A DNA stretch of 64,000 nucleotides from Dehalococcoidia bacterium (GTDB lineage Bacteria; Chloroflexota; Dehalococcoidia; Plut-88900). This document shows, one piece after another, positions 17,430 to 27,180 of this stretch; the stretch's first letter is position 1, and every line of letters starts with the position of its first letter. The DNA lies in assembly GCA_965249275.1 (NCBI GenBank), contig CBDFLQ010000007.1:512001-576000 (forward strand), given 5' to 3'. The position numbers were made by a program, and so were the translations under genes. A model generated the notes under the pieces. It searched no databases, was not told where the DNA came from, and worked only from the letters and a program-made list of their open reading frames with translations.

Positions 17430-18392
17430 ATGGCTGATCCCGAAGAAGGAATCGAAATAGTGGACGTCCGCGCCAAGTGGACGAATGAGGCCCATGACTT
17501 CACGCCTTGGCTCGCAAAGAACCTGAGAATCTTGGGTGAGGCCGTCGGTCTGAAGCTGGAACCGGTGCGGGAGGAGCAGCAGGTGGGCAGCTTCTCCCTT
17601 GACATTCTAGCCAGAGAGACCAATGAAGACGTTTTGGTCGCTATTGAGAACCAACTGGAATGGACTGACCACAGTCATCTAGGACAGTTACTCACATACG
17701 CGGCGGGATGTGATGCGCGCATCGCAATATGGGTTGCGGACGAATTTCAATACGAGCACGCTGAGGCTCTGCATCAGCTAAACCAGTGGACTGGGAGAAA
17801 CATCAGGTTCTATGGCGTTAAAGTCGATGCCATGCAAACTACCGACGGCTCCCACCTAGAAGCAAAGTTTCATAATGTAGTCAGTCCCCACGGCTGGAAT
17901 AAAGACCTTACCTTGCCCCAACCACCCCCACCATCACCATATATTAAGAAGTTCCGCGACTTCTTCGAACCATTGATCTATGATTTGAGACAGGCAGGCT
18001 TCCTAGACACACCGTTCAAGCGCTTTAACAACCAGGACCGGCACTTTCCCTCTCGCCTCCAAGGCATGTGGTATGGAATGTCCTTAGAAGAGGATAGCTA
18101 CGCCTATGTCACTCTCAATATTGAAACGGGGGACAAGGAGCTGATCAATCGGATATTTGACGAGTTGAAGAGCAACCGGAAAGAGATTGAACCGATGATC
18201 GATGGCGGGCCCGGCTCGGAATGGTGCTGGTTGAGGCATAATCCACACAATTTCTGCACCATAAACATGAGGAAAAATGGGACGATAGACGATCCACCGG
18301 ACAAGCTGAAGGAGACCAGGGCCTGGATGCTGGACCTGCTCCCCAAGCTCAAGGAAGCCTTCGAACCCCGCCTCCAAAAGCTCCTCAAGTAA
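17430..18392 (+). CDS. DUF4268-domain protein with an N-terminal NucS/PD-(D/E)xK-like nuclease domain
   Basis: EAHDFTPWL, E.QVG.F.LDILA, V.IENQL..TDHSHLGQLLTYAAG; C-terminal F..LK.....IE....W.W. Confidence 0.75.
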   Translation: MADPEEGIEIVDVRAKWTNEAHDFTPWLAKNLRILGEAVGLKLEPVREEQQVGSFSLDILARETNEDVLVAIENQLEWTDHSHLGQLLTYAAGCDARIAIWVADEFQYEHAEALHQLNQWTGRNIRFYGVKVDAMQTTDGSHLEAKFHNVVSPHGWNKDLTLPQPPPPSPYIKKFRDFFEPLIYDLRQAGFLDTPFKRFNNQDRHFPSRLQGMWYGMSLEEDSYAYVTLNIETGDKELINRIFDELKSNRKEIEPMIDGGPGSEWCWLRHNPHNFCTINMRKNGTIDDPPDKLKETRAWMLDLLPKLKEAFEPRLQKLLK

Positions 18393-18398
18393 GGTCAC

Positions 18399-19616
18399 CT
18401 ACCCCTTCACCACAATCCGCTCCCCCTCCCACCCCGAGGTCAGGATTTCGCATCCCGTCTCGGTCACTGCGATACTCTCACTCGCCCCGACCACGAACCT
18501 CGCCGGTATCCGGTATGAGTGCGGAGTGTGGAACGTCATCCCTGCTTCCAAAACCCGGTGGTTGTCCTCGGCGATGTACATTGGACCGTCCGTCCAAGTC
18601 GGCGGGAACCCGAGTCCTACCGAATAGCCGAAGTGCCCCGACCTGAATATCTCTTCATCCACGTCTTTCACCCCTCGCTTGACCTCCACCGCCACTTCGT
18701 GGGCCGTGCGTCCTGCCCGGACGTTGGAATACACCAGTTCCAGGGTGGCCCGGTTTGCATCTATGATCCTCTTCGCCATATCGCTCGGCTCCCCCAGGAT
18801 CACCGTGCGCATCATCGGAGCGGTGTAGCGGTGCCAGCACCCCCCGAACTCCAGCAGAATGTGATCTCCCATCCCTATATCCGCCCGCTTGAACGTCGTG
18901 TGAAACCACCCCGACCTGTGACTCGCGCTCGTAATCGGGTCAATTGAAAAAGGCTCCGAACCCAAGTCGATCATCTCTTTGGCAGCAATGCCCGAGAGCA
19001 CGTTTTCTGTTACTCCGGGCTCCGTGGCCTCTATCGCCGCCGACATCCCCGCCGAGGTGATACTCGCGGCTTTCCTCATGTGTGCAAGCTCGGCCTCCGA
19101 CTTGGTCACCCGGATATCGAACATCAACGTCGTAGCATCGACGAACCGGGCATTGGGCAGCAGCTCTGTCAGTCGTAGATATGCACGAGCATCCAGCGGC
19201 CCGCGCAGCCCCATCTCAATACTGCCCAACTGCACTCCAATATTTCGATTCCCAAAGCCCCGGTCGGCGAGAAGCTGTGCCAGCTGCGTCGGCGCAACAT
19301 CCGCCCCGACCCAGGAAAACGTCACGATGTCCTTCACGTAGCCCTGCAGCACGGCCAGCGCACCCTCTATCTCCCCTACCTGCATGAACGGCTCGCCCTC
19401 CCATGGCACGATCAGGCACGCGTAGGCCTCGGGCCACAGGCTCTGGTAGCCGCTCAGATAACAGTTGTCCACAATGGCGTGTACCAGCAGCACGTCGATC
19501 CCCGCCTCGTCCATCGCCTCCCGAGTCTTCTCCAACCGAGCCCGGTACTCGGACTCCGGGAAGCTCCACTCCCGCGGCACGGGCTCTTTCAAGCATTCCT
19601 TCAGGTAGTCGACCAT
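18399..19616 (-). CDS. M24 (Xaa-Pro peptidase/creatinase/ectoine hydrolase-like) family protein
   Basis: FPESEYRARL, KSEAELAHMRKA, LEFGGCWHRYTAPMMRT, GYSVGLGFPPTW, GMTFH. Confidence 0.88.
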   Translation of the reverse strand: MVDYLKECLKEPVPREWSFPESEYRARLEKTREAMDEAGIDVLLVHAIVDNCYLSGYQSLWPEAYACLIVPWEGEPFMQVGEIEGALAVLQGYVKDIVTFSWVGADVAPTQLAQLLADRGFGNRNIGVQLGSIEMGLRGPLDARAYLRLTELLPNARFVDATTLMFDIRVTKSEAELAHMRKAASITSAGMSAAIEATEPGVTENVLSGIAAKEMIDLGSEPFSIDPITSASHRSGWFHTTFKRADIGMGDHILLEFGGCWHRYTAPMMRTVILGEPSDMAKRIIDANRATLELVYSNVRAGRTAHEVAVEVKRGVKDVDEEIFRSGHFGYSVGLGFPPTWTDGPMYIAEDNHRVLEAGMTFHTPHSYRIPARFVVGASESIAVTETGCEILTSGWEGERIVVKG

Positions 19617-19672
19617 AAGGACCTCCTATAAGGACACATCCGATTAGCGCATGGGAAAGCCGCGCAGCCCCC

Positions 19673-20530
19673 TCATGACCCCGACCCCAGGCCAGGCTCC
19701 CAACGACCTTGCCAATGAGGTCTCCAATCATATCGCTTTGGAAACTCCCGAGGCTCGATTCCCGTGTCCAGAATCTCGACACCCAATGGCCTGACTGTAA
19801 TCTTCTCCGGGGTTGTAGCGGCGAAGCTGCCGTCCCCCATCGGACACACCGATACCGCAACCAGCAGGTCTATCTCCGCGTAAAAGGCAACGTAATCACC
19901 TGCTCTGGCCTTGGTCGCAGTGATCTCCATTTTTCCTGTCTCAGCGTTTAACCGGGACGGCATACAAAGACAAAAGTTGTCCTGTATGTTCTCTTCGCCC
20001 AAGCCAAAGGGCTCGATGGCCTGGAGGAAGTTCAGATGGCAGGAGTTGAGCCCTTTTCGTTCTGACCTCATCTCCAGAAATTCGGAGGTGCAATGAGACC
20101 CCAATACCAGATGATTGTGCCAACCCTCCTGGTCTTCGACGGTATCCTCAATGCAGGTGGCCATAGGCCTGAAGTACGGCACGTCCGACCAAAGCCTGGT
20201 GTTTTCACGGATGAACCAGCCCTCGATGAGGAAGCTGTGCTCGGGTCTGAAGAGTTCTTTGGGGTCGTGAATGTTCCAAAGCGCGACATCGACTACCTGG
20301 GGACCGGTCTCCTGGATGATGCGGAAGAGTTGGCCTTTTTTGACTTCAAAGCCCGTACCGTTGTTTGGTGGGATGACAGATCTTTCAACCAGGGCGTAAT
20401 CGGGCTTCGCGTTTCGAACTCCATCATAAAAGGCTGGATCCAGGGTGTATTGGGGCAAGAGAGTCTTCGATGGAATGATGGTCACCTTCATTGTCAGTCC
20501 TTCCTCCAAGGCCGTTATGTTCCCACGCAC
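19673..20530 (-). CDS. DUF1989 / urea carboxylase-associated family protein
   Basis: GPQVVD, LWS..PYFRPM, HC, SCH.N, DLLVAVSVCP. Confidence 0.85.
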   Translation of the reverse strand: MRGNITALEEGLTMKVTIIPSKTLLPQYTLDPAFYDGVRNAKPDYALVERSVIPPNNGTGFEVKKGQLFRIIQETGPQVVDVALWNIHDPKELFRPEHSFLIEGWFIRENTRLWSDVPYFRPMATCIEDTVEDQEGWHNHLVLGSHCTSEFLEMRSERKGLNSCHLNFLQAIEPFGLGEENIQDNFCLCMPSRLNAETGKMEITATKARAGDYVAFYAEIDLLVAVSVCPMGDGSFAATTPEKITVRPLGVEILDTGIEPREFPKRYDWRPHWQGRWEPGLGSGS

Positions 20531-20619
20531 GGGAACTTACCCGCAAGTGCTAAAGCCGGCAGGCCGCAGATGAGGGCACATACACCCGCTCCCTCTAATT
20601 GCCCGCCTGGCTCCTGAGG

Positions 20620-20772
20620 CCGGAGACGGTTATCCGGGAAGTTGAGAAGCTCCTGGATATAGGCTTTACCCACATCATGTTCTTCTAACAGACCGCGAGT
20701 CTTGGGGGAGAGCAGGCCTTGAATTGCCTCCGTCTGCTGGGAGAGATAGTGCTTCCAGCCTTCCGACCCTAG
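20620..20772 (+). pseudogene. C-terminal remnant of an LLM-class oxidoreductase with an internal stop
   Basis: PETVIREVEKLLDIGFTHIMFF*QTASLGGEQALNCLRLLGEIVLPAFRP* resembles LLM C-termini; no N-terminal part present. Confidence 0.6.
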
Positions 20773-20794
20773 ACTCGCAGGACTCTCTGACCGC

Positions 20795-21460
20795 TCACAG
20801 CATCCCTAGCAGGCTCTTCAAGTCCCGAAACTCGTAGTCGGGCCTCGCCTTACCCCATGGCTTCTGGCCCTTGCGGTTAATCCATGCCATGTCGAACCCG
20901 AGCCCCGTGGCCGGAACAACGTCGTGATAGTAGCTCTGCGCCACGTGCAGCACGACTTCCTTCGAGACCCCAAGGGTTGCCAGCATCCGGTCCCAGTGCC
21001 CACGCGCCGGTTTGTACGACCCCACTGCCTGCGCGGTGATCACCTCATCAAACTCGACGCCTATGGTCTCTATCGACTGATGTATAAAGTTCTCGTCAGT
21101 GTTGGACAGGATCACCAGTTTGTAGCCTCGGACCTTCATCTCCGTCAGCGCCTCCGTAGTATCCGAGAACTTCGGCCAACTCCCAAGCGTGTCCCCGAAT
21201 ACCGCCGCCTCCTCCTCGCTGACTTCCACGCCATAATGTCTGAAAGTTTGCTCCACCCCCATCCGCATCACCTCGACGTACTTACCACCGATGCCCTCCT
21301 GTATAGAAGGCTCTATCTCGGCGTATTTTCTGTGAACCTCTTCCGCACTGAGGGACAGCCCTCTCTTTTCGATTACGCTCGCCAGTGCAGCCCGCATCCC
21401 CCCTTCCCAATCGATGAGCGTCCCGTAGCAGTCGAAGGTCAGGATTTCATACTTTGCCAT
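20795..21460 (-). CDS. Haloacid dehalogenase type II (HAD superfamily)
   Basis: LTFDCYGTLIDWE, ILSN.D, VGSYKP, LHVAQSYYHDVVPA. Confidence 0.92.
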   Translation of the reverse strand: MAKYEILTFDCYGTLIDWEGGMRAALASVIEKRGLSLSAEEVHRKYAEIEPSIQEGIGGKYVEVMRMGVEQTFRHYGVEVSEEEAAVFGDTLGSWPKFSDTTEALTEMKVRGYKLVILSNTDENFIHQSIETIGVEFDEVITAQAVGSYKPARGHWDRMLATLGVSKEVVLHVAQSYYHDVVPATGLGFDMAWINRKGQKPWGKARPDYEFRDLKSLLGML

Positions 21461-21592
21461 TCCGTCTCCTCTCCAAAGTGACTCCATCGATTATAGGTCA
21501 ACCCCCGCCCTCCGAGAATCCGTTGACACTCGACACTCCCAATGGTCTAATGCCACAAAAGGCCCCAGAGCGAGCAACGGAGGTGTGCGGCT

Positions 21593-22738
21593 ATGAAAAA
21601 CGGCTTTCGTGTAATAGACGGCGACGGCCACATGCAGGAACCGATGGACATTTGGGCTACCTACACCGAACCCGCCTACCGTGAACGCATACCCAAGGTC
21701 AGTGGTCACCTGGGACGCGCCATTTACAGCTACGATCCCTGCGAGGCCTTCCCCGAGGGCCATTCAGTCATCTACGAAGATTCGGTCTTCGCGGACATGG
21801 AGGAGCGCTATGGTGACGCCTACCGCTCCTGGTGGAGCCTCGACACCCGTCTCGCCCACCTGGACCAGGATGGCGTGGATAACCAGGTCTGCTTCCCCAC
21901 TAACGGAAGTGTCGCTACGTCCGCTCACATCACCGACTTCAGCCTTCAGGCAGCCCTGTGCCGTGCCTACAACCGCTGGAGCGAGGACTTTTGCCGCCCC
22001 TCCGAGGGCCGGGTCCAATACATTGCGCAGATTACCCTTAAGGACATCAATCTCGCCGTAGAAGAGATCAACCGTGTCGCCCCCACACCCGAGGTGGCCG
22101 GCATCATGCTCATGGGATTCGGGGATGACGGCGCGGGCCAGCACTGGTCTGACGACAACTTCACTCCTCTCTGGGAAGCGATCACTAAGCACGACATCAC
22201 CGCCGCATTCCACGGTGGCGGAGCCCAACAGCGCCTGTTCGGCGACTATACTGGGCAGCTTTACTCCGTGAGTCATGCCATATCCTTCCCCGTTGACTGC
22301 ATGCTATCCATTGGCGACCTGATATTCGGTGACGTGCTGGAGAAATTCCCGAACATGCGCTGTGGCTTCTACGAAGCAAATGCCGGTTGGACTCCCTTCT
22401 GGCTCTCCCGGATGGACGACCACGGCCCCGGACGCCAGGGCGTTTTCCTACAGGGTCACCACATGCCCTTGAAACCTAGTGAGTATTTCATGCGCCAGTG
22501 CTTCGTCGCCTGCGACCCTGACGAGGGCACACTGCATTCCGCTGTCGAGTGGCTAGATGGCGACAACATAGTCTTCAACACCGACTACCCCCACCCCGAC
22601 GCACCTTTCCCAGGCTCGGTGGACAAGTTCCTGGCCCAACCCCTGGAGGACCGCCACCGGCGGAAAATTCTGTGGGACAACTCCAAGGCGCTCTACGGAA
22701 GCCGGCTCCGCAACGGCGCAGCCTCTAATGGCGGATAA
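21593..22738 (+). CDS. Amidohydrolase family protein (amidohydro_2)
   Basis: VIDGDGHMQEP, EANAGW.PFWL.RMD, VFNTDYPHPD. Confidence 0.9.
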   Translation: MKNGFRVIDGDGHMQEPMDIWATYTEPAYRERIPKVSGHLGRAIYSYDPCEAFPEGHSVIYEDSVFADMEERYGDAYRSWWSLDTRLAHLDQDGVDNQVCFPTNGSVATSAHITDFSLQAALCRAYNRWSEDFCRPSEGRVQYIAQITLKDINLAVEEINRVAPTPEVAGIMLMGFGDDGAGQHWSDDNFTPLWEAITKHDITAAFHGGGAQQRLFGDYTGQLYSVSHAISFPVDCMLSIGDLIFGDVLEKFPNMRCGFYEANAGWTPFWLSRMDDHGPGRQGVFLQGHHMPLKPSEYFMRQCFVACDPDEGTLHSAVEWLDGDNIVFNTDYPHPDAPFPGSVDKFLAQPLEDRHRRKILWDNSKALYGSRLRNGAASNGG

Positions 22739-22812
22739 GGCACGGTATGTAAGGGTGACAGGGTGACCCGACTCCACAGTCGCCAGGGTCTCTCGGAGAC
22801 CCCGATCACCCT

Positions 22813-23526
22813 ATGAAAGCAATTATTCTGGCCGGGGGTCTGGGCTCAAGGCTCAGGCCCCTGACTGACTCCACCCCCAAGCCCCTCCTCCCCGTCGCCG
22901 GCAAGCCCATCATCCAGTGGCAGATGGAATGGCTCAAGAACGCCGGCGTCAAGGACTTCGTGCTTTCCATCGGTCACCTGGCCGATAAGGTACAGGCAGT
23001 CCTGGGAGACGGCGCAGGTATCGGCGTTTCCATCCGCTATGCCATGGAGCACGAGCCCCTCGGCACCGCCGGCGCCCTCAGAAATGCGATGATCGAAGGC
23101 TCCGTTGAAGGTCCTTTCTACGCAGGAAATGGGGATGTTCTCACGGATCTCGACCCCCGGCTGTGCGAAGGCCTTAGATCAGCTCAAGGTATGGTCGCCG
23201 CCCTGGCGCTCGTGCCTCTGTCCTCTCCTTACGGCATCATCGAGGCGGAGGACAACGGACTGGTGACTGCCTTCAGGGAGAAGCCCCTTCTGCCGCACTG
23301 GATAAACGCGGGCTTCTACTCCCTCTCACAGGACGTGTTCGACTACCTGCCGGAGAAGGGAAGCCTGGAGCGGGACGTCTTCCCAGCCCTTGTCGAAAAG
23401 GGCCTTCTCGGGGGCGCGAGATTACACCCCCGATTCTGGCGGTCAGTCGACACCCACAAGGACCTGGAGGAGACCGCTGCTTTCATCCGGTCCGCGGGCG
23501 ACACCTGGTACGCTGCCCGGGGCTAG
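22813..23526 (+). CDS. NDP-sugar pyrophosphorylase / nucleotidyltransferase family protein
   Basis: KAIILAGGLGSRLRPLT..TPKPLLP, EPLGTAGA, NGDVL, FREKP, INAG.Y. Confidence 0.92.
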   Translation: MKAIILAGGLGSRLRPLTDSTPKPLLPVAGKPIIQWQMEWLKNAGVKDFVLSIGHLADKVQAVLGDGAGIGVSIRYAMEHEPLGTAGALRNAMIEGSVEGPFYAGNGDVLTDLDPRLCEGLRSAQGMVAALALVPLSSPYGIIEAEDNGLVTAFREKPLLPHWINAGFYSLSQDVFDYLPEKGSLERDVFPALVEKGLLGGARLHPRFWRSVDTHKDLEETAAFIRSAGDTWYAARG

Positions 23527-24572
23527 GCCCAGGCTAGTGCGTAGATTTGCGTCGCCCCTTGCGGCAGAGGGTGTTCCTGCCATGACACACCAGCGTCCTC
23601 GCTTACGTACACCTGCCCCTGATAGGCCGCGCACGCCATCAGGTCCGGGTTAGACCGGTCGAAGGCTATGCAAAAGATTGAGCTTGGCGGCTCAATTCCC
23701 ATGTCCACACTTGCCCAGGTCTCGCCTCCATCCTCGCTTTTGAACAGTCCGCCCCGATTGCCGTCAAATCCGTTTCCCGCGCCCACCCAGATCACATTGG
23801 GGTCCTCCGGGGACTCCTGAATGGCGCGGGTGTACAGCCTCCCAGTAACGTCCAGGGGAGGCAGCGGCACATGCCCCCAATGGTCGCCCTCATCTCTACT
23901 CCTGAACAGTCCTGCGCCGGTTATGGAGAACACCAGCCCCGGGCTCACGCTGCTCGCCAGGACACCGTGAGTGTCCACCGCCTGATCGTTCTGGTACATC
24001 CCGTGGCTCAGGTTCTCCCACGTTTGGCCTCCATCCCGGGTCCGCATCACCCCTCCTACCTCGATAGCGCCGTACAGGATTTCCTGGTCGAACGGGCTGG
24101 CCCCCATCGCCAGGAGCCGTTTCGCGGGATTCGCCCCCGGCCTCATCGTAATCTCCGGGAATAGCATTTCTGTAGAAAGACAGGTCCAGGTCTCTCCGCC
24201 GTCAGCGCTGGCATGGACCTGGGCGTCTTCGCCGCCCGTATACATTGTCATCGGGTCCCGAGGATCGAACAGGATTGACCACACGGGCAAGCCGCTCTCG
24301 ACACCCGGCACCCGAGCCCATGAGTCCCCACAGTCCTCGCTGACGTACGGGCCATCCTGTGTCCCCGCATAAACCGTACGGTGTCGGGAAGGGTGGGGAA
24401 CGATAGCCCTTACTTCAGGCGCCTGAGGCAGGCCCGAAACCGCAAGGTTCCAGCCGCCTGCCCCGTGGTGCACCCTGTACAGCCCCGAGCTAATTGGCTT
24501 GCCGGGAGCCGTCTCTCCTGCCAGCCCTACAAAGAGATGTGACCCGCTGTGTTCATGCCCATTTTCAGCCAT
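23523..24572 (-). CDS. BNR/Asp-box repeat beta-propeller protein
   Basis: Repeated S.D.G.TW Asp-boxes (SEDCGDSW, SADGGETW, TRDGGQTW, SEDGGETW). Confidence 0.85.
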   Translation of the reverse strand: MAENGHEHSGSHLFVGLAGETAPGKPISSGLYRVHHGAGGWNLAVSGLPQAPEVRAIVPHPSRHRTVYAGTQDGPYVSEDCGDSWARVPGVESGLPVWSILFDPRDPMTMYTGGEDAQVHASADGGETWTCLSTEMLFPEITMRPGANPAKRLLAMGASPFDQEILYGAIEVGGVMRTRDGGQTWENLSHGMYQNDQAVDTHGVLASSVSPGLVFSITGAGLFRSRDEGDHWGHVPLPPLDVTGRLYTRAIQESPEDPNVIWVGAGNGFDGNRGGLFKSEDGGETWASVDMGIEPPSSIFCIAFDRSNPDLMACAAYQGQVYVSEDAGVSWQEHPLPQGATQIYALAWA

Positions 24573-24619
24573 ACCGACTCCTTTCCACTCTCCGACGGAT
24601 GTCGGACCTCACGGCCATC

Positions 24620-25783
24620 CTAGTTCACGACCAACTCATGGGGCACATGTGTAATCACCTCAACGCCGTCCTCATGAATTATCGACTGCTCTCCCAGGGA
24701 CATGGTCAGCCCCGATTCGCTGTCCACGAGGATCATGTGGGTGAAGAAGGTCATGTTGGGTTCCAGCACTAGCGGGTTATCGCCCACTATCATGGGTTGC
24801 TCCATCCAGGAGGGCGCCCACGTTGCACCCATAGTGTAGCCACATGCTTTCAGGAATGCGTGGCCGTATCCGTGCCTTGTGTAAGCATCAGCATGAGCCT
24901 TGAATACGTCTCTGACGGTATTACCGGGCCTCAGGGTCGCCTGGACGGAGGTCAGGGCATCAAGGCAGGCATCGTGCATGCGGCGGTGTCGGTCATCGAC
25001 TTTCGGCCCGGTGACCACGGCCGCCATGTTGGCGGCATGATAGTGGTGATATCCGCAGGCGATCTCATAGGTGACCTGGTCGTTCTCACTCACCGTGCCC
25101 CGACCCGTGGCATAGCGCACCAGGAGGGCCTTGTCGCCGGAGCCCACGGGCCAGTGGCTGGCAGGAGGATCTCCCCCCGCTTTCCATATGATGCTGTGCA
25201 TCTCGGCGAGGATATCGCCTTCATAGGTCCCGGCCCGAGTGAGCTCGATCCCCTTGGCCATCGCCTGATCTATGATCTTTCCGGCCTCTCGAATGTATTC
25301 GAGTTCCTTTGGACTCTTTACCACTCTCTTCAGCCTGATCATGTCCGAGGCGTCTACCAGCTCACAATAGTCTCCTACCGCGGCGGACAAGTCCCGGCCC
25401 ATCTTGCTGGTGAGGCCGTAGGTGTCGTGCTGGACACCGATCCGCTTGCCCTTCAGGTTGAACCTTTCCAGCACCTCCCGAACCGAATTGAATGGAGAGT
25501 TACCTAAACTGTCCACCCAGAGATGCACGTCGTCACACACCGAGGAATATTCGATGCTGGGCACATCCGCAGACCGGGTGATGTGTGTAAGCTCTCCGTT
25601 CACACCAATGTACATGGCGTGAAAAATGACGAAGCCCTGGGTGTCGAGCCCGCAGAGCCAGTACATGTCCTCAATCTTGAAAAGCAGCATCCCTTCGAGG
25701 CCCTGCTTGGACAGCGCTGCCCTGACTCGGGCCTGGCGTTCCGCGAACTCTTCCCTGGTGAAGTAAATCGTAGGTTCCGGCAT
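24620..25783 (-). CDS. M24 family protein (ectoine hydrolase DoeA/creatinase-like)
   Basis: FTREEFAERQ, VKSPKELEYIREA, EI..GY.HYHAA, CGYTMGA. Confidence 0.88.
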   Translation of the reverse strand: MPEPTIYFTREEFAERQARVRAALSKQGLEGMLLFKIEDMYWLCGLDTQGFVIFHAMYIGVNGELTHITRSADVPSIEYSSVCDDVHLWVDSLGNSPFNSVREVLERFNLKGKRIGVQHDTYGLTSKMGRDLSAAVGDYCELVDASDMIRLKRVVKSPKELEYIREAGKIIDQAMAKGIELTRAGTYEGDILAEMHSIIWKAGGDPPASHWPVGSGDKALLVRYATGRGTVSENDQVTYEIACGYHHYHAANMAAVVTGPKVDDRHRRMHDACLDALTSVQATLRPGNTVRDVFKAHADAYTRHGYGHAFLKACGYTMGATWAPSWMEQPMIVGDNPLVLEPNMTFFTHMILVDSESGLTMSLGEQSIIHEDGVEVITHVPHELVVN

Positions 25784-25881
25784 GTTCTCCCCCTATGGAA
25801 CGGCTCCCCGAATCATACGCCGCCACGCTGGACTGTCAATCGCCTTTCACGCGCCAATTAAGCTGAACAGACTTGTGCTGC

Positions 25882-27045
25882 TTAGTTCACGATCAACTCG
25901 TGAGGCACGTGTGTAATGACCTCAACTCCGTCTTCTTGGACTATGATCTGCTCTCCGAGAGACATGGTCAGCCTCGACTCCCGATCTACCAGGATCATGT
26001 GGGTAAAGAAGGTCATGTTAGGTTCGATGACGTGGGGGTTATTTCTTAGAATCAGCGGCTGCTCCATCCATGATGGAGACCAGGTAGCCCCCATGGTGTA
26101 GCCGCAGGCGTTTAGCAGCGCATGTCCATACCCATGCTCGGTGAATGCTTTTACGTGGGCTTCAAACACATCACCAACGGTGTTGCCGGGCCTCAGTGCT
26201 CCCTGCACGCCTTCCAACGCCGCCAGACAAGCTTCGTGCATCCTGCGGTGCCGATCATCGACATTCGGGCCGGTGACCACGGCAGTCATGTTGGCCGCGT
26301 GATAGTGCCGGTAGCCGCAGCCAATCTCGTATGTTACCTGGTCGTTTTCTCCAATCGTGCCCCGGCCGGTGGCGTAGCGCACCAGCATCGCCTTCTTGCC
26401 AGAACCAACGGGCCAATGGGCCGCCGGTGGGTCGCCCCCCGACCTCAATACGATGCCGTACAGCTCAGCCCAAACATCGCCCTCGTACACCCCGGCCTTG
26501 GTCATATCAATGGCCTTGGCCATCACCTGGTCCATAATCTTTCCGGCTTGCCGGATGTATTCAAGCTCCTGCGGGCTCTTCACAACCCTCATCAGGCGGA
26601 TCATGTCCGAGGCATCAACCAGCTCGCAGTAGCCGCCGACCGCCGCGGCCAATTCCTGTCCCATCCTGCTGGAGAGGCCGTAGGTGTCGTGCTGAACACC
26701 GATACGTTTGCCCTTCACGTTGAATCTCTCCAGCACCTCCATCACCGCGTTCATTGGAGAATTATCCAAACTGTCCACCCAGAGGTGCACGTCGTCACAC
26801 ACCGAGGAATATTCGATGCTGGGTACGTCGGCGGAGCGGGTGATGTGGGTCAGTTCTCCGTTTATCCCTATGTACATGGCGTGAAAGATTTTCCAGCCCT
26901 GGGTGTCGAGGCCGCTGAGCCAGTACATGTCTTCAATCTTGAACAGCAGCATCCCCTCCAGACCCTGCTTGGACAGTGCTGCCCTGACTCGGGCCTGGCG
27001 TTCGGCGAACTCTTCTAGGGTGAAGTAAATGGTTGGTCCCGGCAT
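25882..27045 (-). CDS. M24 family protein, tandem duplicate of 24620-25783
   Basis: Same 387-aa length from MPGPTIYF and near-collinear high identity with the neighbour. Confidence 0.88.
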   Translation of the reverse strand: MPGPTIYFTLEEFAERQARVRAALSKQGLEGMLLFKIEDMYWLSGLDTQGWKIFHAMYIGINGELTHITRSADVPSIEYSSVCDDVHLWVDSLDNSPMNAVMEVLERFNVKGKRIGVQHDTYGLSSRMGQELAAAVGGYCELVDASDMIRLMRVVKSPQELEYIRQAGKIMDQVMAKAIDMTKAGVYEGDVWAELYGIVLRSGGDPPAAHWPVGSGKKAMLVRYATGRGTIGENDQVTYEIGCGYRHYHAANMTAVVTGPNVDDRHRRMHEACLAALEGVQGALRPGNTVGDVFEAHVKAFTEHGYGHALLNACGYTMGATWSPSWMEQPLILRNNPHVIEPNMTFFTHMILVDRESRLTMSLGEQIIVQEDGVEVITHVPHELIVN

Positions 27046-27180
27046 TCTTTCTCCCCTTGATACTGCTGTGCGCATGATACGACGCCGGTCAGACCTGTCA
27101 ATCTCGCTTGCGAATCCGGTGTAAGCCAGTGCGATTTGTGCTACTCTGTCAGTCACAAAAGACCATCAAGGAGAAACTGC

